From the NCBI GenBank assembly GCA_963676565.1, contig OY781089.1:2304001-2368000 (forward strand): a stretch of 64,000 nt of DNA. Reading direction: 5' to 3'. Below, piece after piece: positions 39,725 to 47,992 of this stretch. A program made the translations under genes and the position numbers. Position 1 is the first letter of the stretch. Each line of letters begins with the position of its first letter. Below the pieces are notes generated by a model. It was not told the origin of the DNA, searched no databases, and saw only the letters and a list, made by a program, of their open reading frames with translations. Source of the DNA: Halarcobacter sp. (GTDB lineage: Bacteria > Campylobacterota > Campylobacteria > Campylobacterales > Arcobacteraceae).

Positions 39725-41149
39725 ATGAAAGTTTTGTTAACAGGTTCAACAGGATATATTGGAAGAAGATTAAAACAAAGACTATCAACTAGAGATGATA
39801 TAGACTTAAAAATTTTTGTACGAAATAAAAAATCACACTCAAACTTAACTTTAAATAGTTTTGAAATTTTTGAGGGTGATACCTTTGATAAAGAAAAACT
39901 TGAAACAGCTTTACAAGGTGTAGATATAGCTTTTTATCTAATACATTCACTAAATAATAAAAACTATAAAGATTTAGACAAAATCTCCGCTAAGAATTTT
40001 ATAGAAGCAGCAGAAAAATGTGGTGTAAAAAGAGTAATATACCTTGGAGGATTAGGTGTAAAAAATGAAAACACCAGTGAACATCTTTTAAGTAGAATTG
40101 AAACAGGTGAAGTTCTTTCTTCATCTAAAAAAGTGCAAACTATATGGATTAGAGCTGGGGTTATTATTGGTTCAGGAAGTACTAGTTTTGAGATTATTAG
40201 AAATTTAACAGAAAAACTTCCTATAATGACTACACCAAAATGGGTTTATACAAAAACACAAGCAATAGGTGTTGATGATGTATTAAACTATTTAGAACAA
40301 TCAATAGATTTAGAATCTAAAGAAAACCTAGTTGTAGATATTGGAAGTGAACAATTAACCTATAAAGATATGATGATTCAAACAGCTCAAGCACTTGACT
40401 TAAAAAGGATAATTATCCCCTTGCCTTTTTTGTCAATTACCCTCTCATCTTATTGGTTAAACTTATTTACCCCTGTACAATTTACTGTTGCAAAAGCTTT
40501 AATCGAAGGATTAAAATCTGAAGTTGTAATTCAAAATGACAATGCCCAAAAATATTTTCCAAATATAAAACCAATAAGTTATAAAGAGGCTGTCAAAAAA
40601 GCAATTAAAGAGATAAAATCAAACCAAGTTATTAGTAGATGGAGCGATACAGGTGGAAGAATTTGGGAGAAAAATCACACCCAAGAGATAGCTGATGCGA
40701 TTTTCGTAGATAGAAAAGAAAGAATAATAAATAATATCAATAAAGAAGCTATATACAAAAGTTTTATTTCAATAGGTGGTAAAAATGGCTGGTTTGCTTA
40801 TGATTTTCTTTGGGAGATTAGAGGTGTTTTAGATAAGTTAATTGGTGGAGTTGGATTAAAAAGGGGGAGACGAAGCCAAAATGATTTAAGAATTGGTGAA
40901 TCGTTGGACTTTTGGAAGGTTGTAGATATTAAAGAAAATGAAAGACTTTTACTTTTTGCTCAAATGAAACTTCCAGGCCTTGCTTGGTTAGAGTTTAAAA
41001 TTGAAGATAATAAACTAATTCAATCAGCTTATTATTATCCAAAAGGTGTTTTTGGTAGATTGTATTGGTATTGTTTAATCCCAATTCATTATTTAGTTTT
41101 TAACAATATGATAGATTCAATTATAAAAAAATCTGCCAATGCTGACTGA
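39725..41149 (+). CDS. YbjT-like SDR oxidoreductase with DUF2867 domain
   Basis: TGSTGYIG, YLIHS, SEHLLSR, LDFWKV, MKLPGLAWLEF. Confidence 0.88.
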   Translation: MKVLLTGSTGYIGRRLKQRLSTRDDIDLKIFVRNKKSHSNLTLNSFEIFEGDTFDKEKLETALQGVDIAFYLIHSLNNKNYKDLDKISAKNFIEAAEKCGVKRVIYLGGLGVKNENTSEHLLSRIETGEVLSSSKKVQTIWIRAGVIIGSGSTSFEIIRNLTEKLPIMTTPKWVYTKTQAIGVDDVLNYLEQSIDLESKENLVVDIGSEQLTYKDMMIQTAQALDLKRIIIPLPFLSITLSSYWLNLFTPVQFTVAKALIEGLKSEVVIQNDNAQKYFPNIKPISYKEAVKKAIKEIKSNQVISRWSDTGGRIWEKNHTQEIADAIFVDRKERIINNINKEAIYKSFISIGGKNGWFAYDFLWEIRGVLDKLIGGVGLKRGRRSQNDLRIGESLDFWKVVDIKENERLLLFAQMKLPGLAWLEFKIEDNKLIQSAYYYPKGVFGRLYWYCLIPIHYLVFNNMIDSIIKKSANAD

Positions 41150-41870
41150 AATTTCTATGAAATTCCCCAAGGGCATTTTTAGAAAAATAGTGAATATATT
41201 TATCTTTTGAAATAAAAAAATAAACCCTTGGAGAATATGGTTTATGTTTTATGGCAATAACTTTAAAAAACCTATTTTCCAATTTTTCTTTTATAATTTT
41301 AATTTGATTATCGTGGGGCATTGAACGGTTTAGATGATGATAAACGACAACTGATCTTCCAATATTATATAACTGTTCTATTTCATCAAGAAAAATATAT
41401 TTTCCTGCTTTAGATTTCTTAGAGAAGTTGTCAAACCCTAATAGGTCTATATCTTTTTCTTCTTTTCTTACCTTTGTTGCAATACCATTATCAGGATCAA
41501 CAAAAATAAAATCAGCATCTTTTGAAAATCTTAGTGCTTCTAAAAACCACTCTTTTCTAAAATCTAATCTATCTTTTCCATTTTCATTTACATATTTTGA
41601 AAAATATTCGCAGTTAGATAAAAGATTTAAACTCTCCAAAGCTTTTACACTTCTTTGTCCACTAACAAGCTTTTTAAAAGAGTTTTCTAAATATATGTCA
41701 ATATCTTTTACTTTATCAAAATAATTGATATACATACCATCACTATTGTGGGATTCATCTGGATACATGTACCAAATTTGTTTTAATTTATAACTATTAT
41801 GATTAAAAAGTGTTCTTAATAGATGAAACTTTCCAAAATCTCCAATATCAGCCGCATATCTATCTTGCAT
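41121..41870 (-). CDS. Conserved hypothetical protein
   Basis: MQDRYAADIGDFGK N-terminus and FVDPDNG motif; 3' end overlaps the convergent gene. Confidence 0.75.
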   Translation of the reverse strand: MQDRYAADIGDFGKFHLLRTLFNHNSYKLKQIWYMYPDESHNSDGMYINYFDKVKDIDIYLENSFKKLVSGQRSVKALESLNLLSNCEYFSKYVNENGKDRLDFRKEWFLEALRFSKDADFIFVDPDNGIATKVRKEEKDIDLLGFDNFSKKSKAGKYIFLDEIEQLYNIGRSVVVYHHLNRSMPHDNQIKIIKEKLENRFFKVIAIKHKPYSPRVYFFISKDKYIHYFSKNALGEFHRNFSQHWQIFL

Positions 41871-41874
41871 AACA

Positions 41875-44800
41875 TCAACTTTTTCTTAAATAGATAAGTC
41901 TGTAAACCATTGGTACATAATAAAGATTCAAAATTGTTGCCCACAATATTCCATATCCTAAAGATAAAGCCATAGGTTGTAAAATCAAAGCTTGTCCAGA
42001 AGCAAAAAATATCAATGTACTTAAACCTAAAACAGTTGTAATAGAAGTTAATAAAATAGGTCTTAGTCTTAATACAGCATAATCTTTTAACTCTTCTAAG
42101 TTTTTGGCTCTTTTAATGAAGTCCATCATAATAATACCATCATTTACAATTACACCTGCAAGTCCAACCATACCAATTAAACTTGGCATTGTAATATTTA
42201 CACCCATAATAAAATGTCCAAAATAAACACCTAAAATAGATAAAGGAATAGTACTAATTATAATAAGTGGTTTAATCATGGAGTCAAACATCCATACTAA
42301 GGCAATAAAAATTAAAATGATAGCCATTAAAGCAGCTTGAAGCATCTCTTTTTTTACTTTTTCATTCTCTTCTTGCTCACCTTTTATATCAATATTTACA
42401 CTTGTTTTTGTTTTTAATTCTTCTAATACAGGATTTAATTTTTCAAAAACATCACTAGAAGTTGTATCAGTAAAAGATGCTGTTACACTTGTAATTCTTT
42501 TATTGTTTTCTTTAAATATTTGAGAGTAAGCAGGAACTTTAATAAAATCAGCAACTTGAGATAATAATACTTTTTGATTAGTTCCGGGAACTGTAACTTC
42601 AAAGGAATTTAAAGATTTTAATTCATCTTTATTTTTACTTTTAAATACAATATCAATAATACCTTTATCATCAAACATTTTTGAATAAGTACCTTTAAAA
42701 TATAAAGGTCTAAGCTCATTTAATATTGATTCTTCTGAGAAACCTAGCTCATAACCATATGCGTTTACTTTAAATTTTAGCTCATAATTTCCTGTTAAAG
42801 AATCATCAGCAATATTGGAAACACCTTTGATCTTTGATAATTCACCTTTAAGTATTTGTGCAATTTTTCTAACCTCTTTATCATCACCCGAAACTGCTAA
42901 TTCCAAATCATTTTTAACAATTCCAGCTTTTGGTACAAATACTTTTAACTCATCGAAATCATCTGAGTTTATATACTTTTGTAACTTTTCTTTAACTATT
43001 TTCTCAATATCTTGAGCACTATTACTTCTAATCATATCTTTGTCATCATATTTAGGTGAAAGATATGGATTGATATATTTTTCAAAACTATTTTGTGGTG
43101 CTCTTTCATACAAGTTAACAAATATTTGGAAATAAAACTCTTCATATTGCGGTTGATTCTGTCCATCAAGTTTCATTCCTATAACAGAACTAACTGATTG
43201 GATTTCAGTTTTAAAATCAAGTGTATTTAAAAGTTGTTTCTCCAACTGAAAAACTGTTTGTTCTGTCTGCTCAATCTTTTTACCAACTCCTACTGAACCA
43301 GTTATATAAATCTGCGTAGAATCAAAATCTGGTAAAAATTGAAATTTTGAAGATTTAATAAGTATAAAAGTTGATCCAATTATAAAAAAAATAAAAATTA
43401 TCAATGCGATAAATCTACCTTTTAATAAATAGGATAAAATATTTCTATATAGATTTTTATTAAAATCCCAAACTTTATGGGATTTTCTATCTTCATGACT
43501 AACCTTTAAAAGTTGATTCGCATGTAAAGGCAAAAAGAAAAATGCTTCAATAAGTGAACTTAGTAATAATATTGATATCATAATTGGTAAGATTTGCATA
43601 AATTTACCAGTTTGACCTGTCATAAGTAAAATTGGTAAGAAAGCAAATATTGTAGTAGCAGTTGCTGTTAAAACAGCTGGATACATCTCAATTGCACCAT
43701 CTCGTGCAGCTTCAAACTTATCTTTTCCCATCTCCATATGTCTATAGATATTTTCTCCAACAACAATCGCCTCATCAACTAACATCCCTAAAGCAATTAA
43801 TGCCCCAAGAAGAGATAACATATTTAAACTATAGCCTAATGCGTCTGCTGAGATAAGCCCTATCATAAATGAAGTTGGGATACCTATTGCAATTACTAAA
43901 GCAATTCGCATATTAATAAATATCAATAGAGCAATAAATAAAAGAACAAGACCAAATAAGATATTTGAAACTACTGTATTAAGCCTATTTTTTACCCAAA
44001 TAGAAGTATCAATATATGTATCAAATTGTACATTTGTATATTTATTTTCAAATTCTTTTGTAATCTCTTTGATTTGTTTAACTAAATCAATCGCATCACC
44101 CTCTTCACTTTTACTGATACTAACAGCGACATTTCTTTCACCATTAAAGTGAGACTTATCTTGAACATCTCCATATGTATATGTAATATCTGCAATATCT
44201 TTTATTCTAAGTTTAGTATCACCTACTTTTATTATTGTGTTTTTAATATTTTCAACATCTTTTTCACCATTAAAAGTACTTAAATAATAGTGTTTTGAAG
44301 TATCTTTTATAATTCCAACAGGAAATATTGTACTTAATGATTGTACTGCAGTTATTACAGCTGTATTAGATAGATTAAAAGCTTCAATTTTAGCTTCATT
44401 AAATATGATATGTAGTTCTTTGTCACTTTTACCTAAAACACTTACATTTTCTAAATCTTTTAACTGTTGTATTTTTGATTTAACATCATCTGCAATATCT
44501 AATAATTCTTCTTTAGAAGCATTATTCTTTGAATAAACAGCCACAGTAATCAAAGGGAAATTGTGAATCATACTTTTAACTGTTGGTTCATCCATATCTG
44601 AAGGCAAGTTAGTTTTAACTTTTGTAACAATATCTTTTACATCATCAACAACAAAATTTGAATCTTCCCCCTGCTTTAGTTCAGCAGTTATTGTAAAAAA
44701 TCCATTTTTAATAACTGATGTAATCTTATCAACTTCACTAACACTTAAAAGTTCATCTTCAATATCTTCAACTGCAATTTTGTCAAGTAAATCTGAACTT

Positions 44801-44967
44801 GCTCCTGAGTAAGTCCCAGTTATTGTAACTGCATCCATATTTGATGGAGGGAATATCTCCTTTGGAATTTGAAAATATGCGAATACTGATAATATAAAAA
44901 TGAAAAATAGTAAGAAATGGTTTAGTATTGGCTTTCTTAGTCCAAACTCAATAATTGTTTTTATCAT
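41875..44967 (-). CDS. RND (AcrB/D/F) efflux permease
   Basis: GMLVDEAIVVGENI, GVIVNDGI, RLRPILLTSITT. Confidence 0.95.
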   Translation of the reverse strand: MIKTIIEFGLRKPILNHFLLFFIFILSVFAYFQIPKEIFPPSNMDAVTITGTYSGASSDLLDKIAVEDIEDELLSVSEVDKITSVIKNGFFTITAELKQGEDSNFVVDDVKDIVTKVKTNLPSDMDEPTVKSMIHNFPLITVAVYSKNNASKEELLDIADDVKSKIQQLKDLENVSVLGKSDKELHIIFNEAKIEAFNLSNTAVITAVQSLSTIFPVGIIKDTSKHYYLSTFNGEKDVENIKNTIIKVGDTKLRIKDIADITYTYGDVQDKSHFNGERNVAVSISKSEEGDAIDLVKQIKEITKEFENKYTNVQFDTYIDTSIWVKNRLNTVVSNILFGLVLLFIALLIFINMRIALVIAIGIPTSFMIGLISADALGYSLNMLSLLGALIALGMLVDEAIVVGENIYRHMEMGKDKFEAARDGAIEMYPAVLTATATTIFAFLPILLMTGQTGKFMQILPIMISILLLSSLIEAFFFLPLHANQLLKVSHEDRKSHKVWDFNKNLYRNILSYLLKGRFIALIIFIFFIIGSTFILIKSSKFQFLPDFDSTQIYITGSVGVGKKIEQTEQTVFQLEKQLLNTLDFKTEIQSVSSVIGMKLDGQNQPQYEEFYFQIFVNLYERAPQNSFEKYINPYLSPKYDDKDMIRSNSAQDIEKIVKEKLQKYINSDDFDELKVFVPKAGIVKNDLELAVSGDDKEVRKIAQILKGELSKIKGVSNIADDSLTGNYELKFKVNAYGYELGFSEESILNELRPLYFKGTYSKMFDDKGIIDIVFKSKNKDELKSLNSFEVTVPGTNQKVLLSQVADFIKVPAYSQIFKENNKRITSVTASFTDTTSSDVFEKLNPVLEELKTKTSVNIDIKGEQEENEKVKKEMLQAALMAIILIFIALVWMFDSMIKPLIIISTIPLSILGVYFGHFIMGVNITMPSLIGMVGLAGVIVNDGIIMMDFIKRAKNLEELKDYAVLRLRPILLTSITTVLGLSTLIFFASGQALILQPMALSLGYGILWATILNLYYVPMVYRLIYLRKS

Positions 44968-45233
44968 TTAATTTTTGTTCCGTTTGCTTCTTCAATTGAA
45001 TAAATTAAAAGTGAATCTTCAACTTGGTTTTTAAATTTCATGTCCTCTAATTGTTGGGCAAGGAATTTATTTTCCTCTTTTAATGAGATGTAATGGGCAT
45101 ATAATTTATTTATATCCTTACTTTTATAATATATATTATTCATAATATACAATTTAGGTACAAATAAAATCAAAGCAATTAATAAAATACCTAAAACAAT
45201 AAGTATTGAATTTTTCGCATTTAATCTAGTCAA
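44964..45233 (-). CDS. ftsL: FtsL-like small bitopic protein
   Basis: Single TM plus coiled coil, immediately after rsmH. Confidence 0.6.
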   Translation of the reverse strand: MTRLNAKNSILIVLGILLIALILFVPKLYIMNNIYYKSKDINKLYAHYISLKEENKFLAQQLEDMKFKNQVEDSLLIYSIEEANGTKIK

Positions 45234-46128
45234 ATTTAAAAACCCTTAATTTTGAGCTTCTACTTCTCGGATTTTGTCTTATCTCTTCTTTTGTAGGAAC
45301 TATTGGTTTTTTTGTTATAATTTTTCCTAAAGCATGATTATTTCCACAAGTACATTTAAAAGCATCTTTTGGACAAATACAAGATTTACTCCATTTTTTA
45401 AAATAGTTTTTTACAATCCTATCTTCTAAAGAGTGAAATGAAATAATTGCAATAATGCAATCTTTTGGTTTATTCTCTTCGATAGAATCAAAAAGTCTTT
45501 CTAATACTCCAAGTTCATCATTAACTTCAATTCTAATACCTTGAAAAGGTAATGTAGCTGGATGTATTTTACCCTTAGACATTTTTTTTGCTAAAAAGTC
45601 TGCAAGCTCTTTGGCCGAAGAGAATGGTCTGTTATTAACAATTAAAGAAGCGACTTTTTTATATTCTCGTACTTCTCCTAAATCATGAAAGACTCTTTCT
45701 AAATCATGTTGAGAGTAAGTATTTACCACAACTGAAGCATCTAATGCTTTTGTTTGATCCATTCGCATATCAAGGGTATCACTATCAAAGCCAAATCCCC
45801 TTTCATTTTTATCAAGTTGTAAAGATGATACACCAATATCAGCTAAAATCCCTTTAATATTGAAGCCTCTAAAGGTTTCAATTACATGTTCAAAGTTTCC
45901 TTGATTGAATAAAACTCTATTTTTATAAGGTTCTAATCTATTTTTAGAAAATAATAATGCCTCTTCATCTTGATCATTACAAATTAATTGAATATTTTCA
46001 TTTTGCTCTATCAAACCGATACTATGTCCCGCATAACCAGTTGTACAATCTATAATATAACCTTCATTAATTTCACTAAAAGTTTCCAGAACCTCATTGA
46101 AAAGTACTGGAATATGTGGTATTTCCAT
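45226..46128 (-). CDS. rsmH: 16S rRNA m4C1402 methyltransferase
   Basis: HIPVL, DIGVSSLQLD, LDMRMD, SFHSLEDRIVK, NPRSRSSKLR. Confidence 0.97.
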   Translation of the reverse strand: MEIPHIPVLFNEVLETFSEINEGYIIDCTTGYAGHSIGLIEQNENIQLICNDQDEEALLFSKNRLEPYKNRVLFNQGNFEHVIETFRGFNIKGILADIGVSSLQLDKNERGFGFDSDTLDMRMDQTKALDASVVVNTYSQHDLERVFHDLGEVREYKKVASLIVNNRPFSSAKELADFLAKKMSKGKIHPATLPFQGIRIEVNDELGVLERLFDSIEENKPKDCIIAIISFHSLEDRIVKNYFKKWSKSCICPKDAFKCTCGNNHALGKIITKKPIVPTKEEIRQNPRSRSSKLRVFKFD

Positions 46129-46214
46129 TCATTAAGCCTTTAAAAGCAATTTAGTATTTTAATCGCTATTTGATATAATATTCTACCCAAAATTTTATTT
46201 AAGGTTTTTTAATA

Positions 46215-46790
46215 ATGATTGATCCTAATACTGTAAGACTTCTATCCAATTTATCTCTAACTATGTTTAGAAAAAATTTCTTTGGAATATATCATGGTGC
46301 AATATCCGCAAAAATTGACCATAACTCATTTATTATCAATACATCAGATGCTATTTTTGATGAGATGGATGAAAGATCGTTTTGTAAACTAACAATGAAT
46401 AAAAAAGATTATAGATGGAATATTGCAAGTATTGAATCAGATATACATTCAACTATTTATACTAATATTCATGAAGCCAAATATATCGCCTTTGGAGTTC
46501 CTATTTATACAACAGCTTATACCTTTGATAATGATGAAATTATATTTGATGATTATTTTGGAAAAACTACATTTGGAAAAATCAATATTTATGATCCTGG
46601 TAATTTTGATACTTGGTATGATAGAAATGCTTTAGAGATCACTAAATATCTCAAAGAAACAAACAATCATGTTATGGTAATTAGAGGAATTGGAACATAT
46701 GTATATGATAGAGACATCAATAATTTAGTTAAGAGAGTAGCAATTTTAGAGAACTCATGCAGACTTTTAAGTATAAAATCTTCTTATTAA
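46215..46790 (+). CDS. Class II aldolase/adducin-like protein
   Basis: GAISAK, ASIE..IH..IY pattern. Confidence 0.8.
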   Translation: MIDPNTVRLLSNLSLTMFRKNFFGIYHGAISAKIDHNSFIINTSDAIFDEMDERSFCKLTMNKKDYRWNIASIESDIHSTIYTNIHEAKYIAFGVPIYTTAYTFDNDEIIFDDYFGKTTFGKINIYDPGNFDTWYDRNALEITKYLKETNNHVMVIRGIGTYVYDRDINNLVKRVAILENSCRLLSIKSSY

Positions 46791-46908
46791 TAACAAATTT
46801 CTCTATATTTACAGAAAATAAGTCATGCAAGCCCCTAGTTTTAGCTATTTCAAAGGAAACATACTATAAAGTTTACTGATATTTTAATCTTACACAAGGA
46901 GTTCTTCT

Positions 46909-47184
46909 ATGAACAAAGCTGAATTTATTGATGCAGTTGCAGCAAAAGCTGGTTTATCTAAAAAAGATGCTAAAGGTGCAGTTGACGCTGTATTAGATAC
47001 AATTACTGAGACTTTAGTAAAAAAAGAAACTGTTAGTTTCATCGGGTTTGGTACTTTTAGTACTGCTGATAGAGCTGAGAGAACTGCAAAAGTTCCTGGA
47101 ACAGACAAAACTGTTAAAGTTCCAGCTACAACTGTAGCAAAATTCAAAGTTGGTAAAGCTTTAAAAGAAGCAGTAGCTAAGTAA
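46909..47184 (+). CDS. hup: DNA-binding protein HU
   Basis: MNKAEFI, GFGTF, R.AR..KVPGT, FKVGKALK. Confidence 0.96.
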   Translation: MNKAEFIDAVAAKAGLSKKDAKGAVDAVLDTITETLVKKETVSFIGFGTFSTADRAERTAKVPGTDKTVKVPATTVAKFKVGKALKEAVAK

Positions 47185-47208
47185 TTACTTACTTCTTCAT
47201 ATAAACAT

Positions 47209-47240
47209 AAAAAGGGTCTATCGTAAGATAGGCCCTTTTT
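47209..47240 (+). terminator. Intrinsic terminator of hup
   Basis: AGGGTCTATC-GTAA-GATAGGCCCT followed by a T-run. Confidence 0.88.
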
Positions 47241-47323
47241 TAATTCTTAATTAATTTAATTTTTACTAATTAAACATAAATTAATTAAATAACGGATAAA
47301 ATTTCATCCTTAATTTATTAGGT

Positions 47324-47365
47324 GCCGCTATGGTGAAATTGGTAAACACGCCGGATTCAAAATCC
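47324..47365 (+). pseudogene. 5' half of host tRNA-Leu(CAA), broken at the island junction (att site)
   Basis: GCCGCTATGGTGAAATTGGTAAACACGCCGGA-TTCAAAA-TCC, then unrelated AT-rich DNA; no variable arm, T arm or acceptor 3' strand. Confidence 0.88.
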
Positions 47366-47426
47366 AATGTTTAATTTCACTAGGTATTCGGTAATATAGG
47401 ATATAGATAGTTATTTAGAAATACGA

Positions 47427-47450
47427 GGGTATCACTTATGGGTATCACTT
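47427..47450. repeat. Tandem 11-bp direct repeat GGGTATCACTT (integrase arm-type site candidate)
   Basis: 47427-47437 and 47440-47450, about 65-85 bp from the att core. Confidence 0.7.
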
Positions 47451-47460
47451 TACTTTTTGT

Positions 47461-47547
47461 GCCGCTATGGAGAAATTGGTAGACTCGAGAGATTCAAAAT
47501 CTCTTTTCAGCAATGAAGTGTCGGTTCGAGTCCGACTAGCGGTACCA
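47461..47547 (+). tRNA. tRNA-Leu(CAA), complete, island-borne
   Basis: Acceptor GCCGCTA/TAGCGGT+ACCA, D stem GAG/CTC, anticodon stem AGAGA/TCTCT with CAA, variable arm TTCA-GCAA-TGAA, T arm GTCGG-TTCGAGT-CCGAC. Confidence 0.95.
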
Positions 47548-47678
47548 TTTAAAATTTCGATACTTACACTTTTTATATAAATATTATTTAAACTTGAAAT
47601 ACTATTTCTAATTCTATATAGGAGAGGAAATACTTTAAATAGGCTATTAAAAGAGTAGTATTTTTAAAGGTGTACTTA

Positions 47679-47987
47679 TTATTGCTCTTTAGTTATAAAC
47701 ATTATAAAAGCTGAAATAATTAGAATTGGTACAACTATATAAACTAAGTATACACCAACATAAGATACAGTTGTAACTGTAACCACTGTAAGTATTAAGC
47801 TCAACCAAAATATCATCGAAGCAGTATTATGAATATTTTTAAAACTTCCAAACCCTAACAATCCTAAGATTGTTAAAGCTGGAATTGAAAAGTATGTAGC
47901 ATATACACTAACATAAGAACCTGAACTTAATATTGCAATATATGAGATAAGAACAATGAAAAAAGCTAATCTTATTTTATCTCTCAT
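47679..47987 (-). CDS. Small 4-TM membrane protein
   Basis: Starts 5 nt after the res stop; hydrophobic, with an internal repeat SYVSVY/SYVGVY. Confidence 0.7.
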   Translation of the reverse strand: MRDKIRLAFFIVLISYIAILSSGSYVSVYATYFSIPALTILGLLGFGSFKNIHNTASMIFWLSLILTVVTVTTVSYVGVYLVYIVVPILIISAFIMFITKEQ

Positions 47988-47992
47988 ATTTC

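Noticed and set aside
47324..47547. Intron-containing or split tRNA
   Set aside because: The downstream copy is complete on its own with a full 5' end; the break is in the 3' anticodon stem rather than at the group I intron position, and the spacer is too short
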